From NCBI RefSeq assembly GCF_963676685.1, contig NC_092347.1:89590001-89654000 (forward strand): DNA of 64,000 nt. Direction: 5' to 3'. The notes under the pieces are model-generated. The model was not told where the DNA came from. It made no database searches and saw only the letters and a program-made list of their open reading frames with translations. The DNA is from Mytilus edulis. Taxonomy: Eukaryota. How positions within the stretch are numbered: the first letter of the stretch is position 1; every line of letters starts with the position of its first letter. Below are positions 60,139 to 64,000 of this stretch, in pieces. Position numbers and translations under genes: made by a program.

Positions 60139-63100
60139 GTAAGATTAGATTAGACTCATTAAATAATTCGAAGGCTTCAGAGTATTCTGCATATTCTTCT
60201 ACTCTGTTGTTTTCTTTTACGAACGTGTTTTATAATTTTCGTTTGATTTTTTTTTTACCGCTAAGTCTGTTCACATTTTTGTTTAAAAATACTGATTTTT
60301 CTTTCTTCCGATGTATATATATTTTGAAGGACATTTTATGTCTTCGTAATCTTATGATAACATTTTTTTTTATATATAGTTATTAAGATTATAACACAAT
60401 ATTGACTTATGTACCTCTATTTTTGACATTTATACCTATTATGTTTGTTTGTTTTGTTCGCACATCGTTGTCAATATAATGAAATTTGATGCGACTATCA
60501 TACATATGAGAGGTTTAGCTAACTATAAAACCAAGTTTGATCAAGCATTTTCTACACAAGAAAATGCCTGCACCAAGTCAGGAATATGAAAGTTGTCCTA
60601 CATTCGGTTGATGTGTTTGAACTTTTGATTTTGCCATTTGATTAGGAACTTTCCATTTAAATGTTCCTTTTTTAGTGATTTATCCTTTTTTTGGTACCTT
60701 TTTTGGCGTTTCAAAACATCCTTCTTGTTGAATGTTGGACAACCGAATATTTTAATGAAGTATTCACTTCCCCGAGACTGACCATTTTTAGTGAACCATG
60801 ACAATTCGACAAGTATTTCGTCATTTAAGAATACTCTTGTTATAGGTATAAGAAAAATCTTTATTACAGTTTGATGTAAAATCGTTAAAATATACCGTTT
60901 CCACACACAGACAAAAACCCAATCTTTATTTGCTATCTATCTGCACCTGAAATGAAAATTATTTATATGTATGGTTCTTATGAAGTATATGTATATTTAT
61001 CTTAACTCCTATACATTTCTAGCAATATGATTGGCTTGTATTTCCTATCATGATTTCCTTGATACGAAATTTTATGTTAAACATCTAACAAATGAACGAG
61101 ATATTAAAACTATTGAAAGCGTTATGCTGAATTTAACTTCGACAGATGAATAGTTAACTACGTGGAGGCTTTTTTGCTACGTATGGCAAAGGTTTCTGGC
61201 AATTTAAAATAGGTTATAGGCAATTGAAATGTCCAGCCAGAAAAATATATTGTAAAAAATATTAATAGTATGGAAATTTTTATGCTTACTGTGCAATTTT
61301 GCGGACAAATAATTTGTGTAAACAATTTGTTGTGTAGGCCTTTACCATGTTCAAACACAGTACATAATTTGTAATATTGCTGAAAGGTTTTTTTATGTGA
61401 CCACAGATGGATGTTTTGCTTCGTACTCTTAACTTAAAAATATGATATCTATATCTTTGATCATGTAGCGTATGTACAATGTCTACATCGTCTTATCACT
61501 GTATAACTACGTTTGAAATGTAAATAAATAGTTTAAGCATCAAGAACAAAGGACAAAGATGTAGACAATATCGAAGATATAGTATGATTGCCAATTCAAC
61601 GATTATCAAACAAAGTCAAAATTACAATCACGCGAGATCAATATTGAACATAATCAATATCGAATACAGCATCAGCTTTAAAGGCATCGACATGAGAAAA
61701 ATGTGAAATTCAAACAAACAAAAGCATGAAAATCAAAACAATAAACGAAGCACTAATATGGAAGACAGCAACTAACGACAACCACTGAATTACAGACTCC
61801 TGATGTTTTTCTGCGTTGTATAGATCTGAATTATTCCTATTTTGTGCTGTTACACTACTGTCCCAGGTTACGGGAGGTTTGAGCGCGCTCATACAGATTC
61901 AAATCATCTGCTACTGATAGGTAACAACTCTCTATTGATTCCTTTTTGTAATATAAAATAAATTCTTTATCATTTTATTGGCACCTTCAAACATATTTAA
62001 CCCCTCCACATTCTTTATGTGCCTGTCTGGAGCCCGTAGTTCAATGGTTGTCATTGGTTCATATATGTCATGTTAATTTTTCATAAAATGTTTTATTATA
62101 ATAAGGCCATTAGTTTTCTCAATTGAATTATTACATATTTTCCATGTCACGGCCTTTTATAGCAGACTATACAGAATGGGTTTTAATAAATGTCATAATC
62201 AAATGAATGTTGGTTACATTAATGGCACCTGTTAAAATCCCCAATTTCTGAAACTTTCAGGTGGTAAACTGTTGATTCATAAATACATACTTAAACATTC
62301 AGTGCTGGTATCTGTACTATTCATGCAAGACCAACATGGAGGGTGTGGTACATCACATGTTTTTAAATTGATGGATTTTTACTTAAATGACATTTTTCAA
62401 AGTTACATGCAAACAATGAGAATAAACCAAATCTGACACCCTGATGTACCAACACCTGCTATCCTTATTTAAACCAGTACTTGAAGGAAAAACTCCAATT
62501 AAAATTCAGTCAACGCATTGCTTGTCGAACTTATACTTAACTGGTCAGGACCGGATTATGCATACACAAAATTACATAAATACCGTCAATTCAACAATGT
62601 CAAATGGGGATTATTTGTAAATTATTTACACGGGATGTAACTACAAGATGTCTAAGAACAATGCCTTGTAAATACATAATATAAGGACTGGTTATAACAA
62701 CGTAGATGTAAAGAACACTTGTTAAACAAGGTTTTTGTGTTATAACCAAAAATAAACTAACGCAGACACCTATAGACAATCACCCCTTGTACACTGGTAT
62801 ATATATAAAGGCAACAGTAGTATACCGCTGTTCGAAACTCATAAATCGGTAGAAAATAACAAATCCGGGTAACAATGAATGAATTTACTATCATAACAGT
62901 GCTTTGCGTTGTCATTCTTTTTGTAATTGTTTTTGTTGTGAATCCTGCCGATTTGGGGAGTCTGGCGCTTTTTGCTGATTTTACAGTTTGATCCTTGTCT
63001 TATGCTTCAGTGCTGCACAACTATTTCAGATTTATTAAAGGAGGTTGTACACTCAGAAACATATGTAAAAGAGGGACGAAAGATACCAGAGGGACAGTCA

Positions 63101-63454
63101 AACTAATAAATGTAATCTCCTAACACACTTTTCACATTTTGTCATGCCGGACATTGTATAACTTACTTATGAAAGGACTTTGTTCACTTTTGAAACCCAT
63201 ATATAATACGATGGCATATAGTTGCCTGAATGCCACATATCCTTATTTTTACATTTTACCATTTCTTTTATATTTATTTCTAACAACGATAACGTTATGT
63301 GCTATTAATCTTTGGCTAGAGAAGCAAGGATTCTTAATGATAACTTTAGAAATTCGTACAGGTGCTGTCATGATTTGGTTAAAATATATCGTGCTGGACT
63401 ATCTTTGCCAATGGGTTTCATTTCCGTAACCACAATCTCGATCTCTTTTGATCT

Positions 63455-63626
63455 TTTATGACATTTTGCCAATTTGGAATATGGTCCTCAATGCCCTTCA
63501 ACTTTGTACTTTATTTGGCCTCTTAAGCTCTTTTGATTCGAGCGTTAATGATGAGTCTTTTGTAGACGAAACGCTCGTCTAGCTCATATTTAACATTTTA
63601 ATCCTGGTATCTATAATGAGTTTATT
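63455..63626 (+). mobile_element. hammerhead-ribozyme-bearing repeat, mutated core
   Basis: GAGCGTTA-ATGATGA-GTCTTTTGTAGAC-GAAA-CGCTCGTC-TAGCTC (C3 mutated to A). Confidence 0.75.
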
Positions 63627-64000
63627 GGTGCCAATGTGACTTATCACTGGATTATTACTGTTGAATAGCAACAAGGCAGACAATAGATACTTGTGGAGCA
63701 GTAATTGCCTGTCCTTCAAAGGGGGCACGATTTGTATATTCAATTGTAATGTTTTGGTTTGATATGAACTTAACGGTTTACGTGTAAATCAATCTTTACT
63801 ATTTGTATATTCTACCTGACCTGTCTTACAAACACCTTAGTCAGCCTTCTAATGAACAGATATTATTACGAACATAGATATTTTTGAATTATTTAATATT
63901 TGAGAATTAAGGAAATATAACAAATCCGAGGCTGAACGAGTATTCAAGCTTCACATTACAATAGAGAAATCTGACATGTAGAAAATAATACGAATCTCAA

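Noticed and set aside
60896-60944. Minus-strand exon-like segment with good acceptor
   Set aside because: Stops in all three frames, a weak donor and no linked exons.
62261-62436. Open frame after TTTCAG that is phase-compatible with the 60045-60138 exon
   Set aside because: No recognisable homology and weak supporting signals; may be decayed TE sequence.
1-64000. tRNA, rRNA, snRNA genes or an intact autonomous transposon
   Set aside because: None recognised by eye; all RT and endonuclease remnants are disrupted. A covariance-model scan would be needed to exclude small RNAs.

Overview
AT-rich eukaryotic genomic DNA. Spliceosomal introns and the repeat families point to a bivalve mollusc, most likely Mytilus. 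Genes reconstructed by hand from splice sites and reading phase: the 3' end of DCP2 (+, 4 exons, 1-4109); two tandem RING-less TRIM-like genes with intronless CDS (B-box, B-box, coiled coil, NHL-like propeller; -, 13869-15548 and 20173-21864); a complete 9-exon PDCD7 / U11-59K gene (-, 25657-35602); a complete 7-exon PTAR1 gene (+, 35855-43835) head-to-head with PDCD7; and one orphan candidate exon near 60.1 kb. The rest is dense with non-autonomous transposons (Helentron-associated HINE-like, Kolobok-like TTAA, hAT, Tc1/mariner and Harbinger MITEs), decayed LINE and Penelope-like fragments, and hammerhead-ribozyme repeats. The best candidate for an undescribed system is in PDCD7 intron 3. It holds three perfect sense-strand U12-type 5' splice-site motifs (ATATCCTTT), arranged as two modules, each about 40-50 nt downstream of a U2-type 3' splice site that opens a stop-containing exon. 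This is the USSE poison-exon feedback architecture known from SNRNP48 and RNPC3, which I do not know to be reported for the 59K gene. All homology calls are from recognition of remembered motifs, not database searches.
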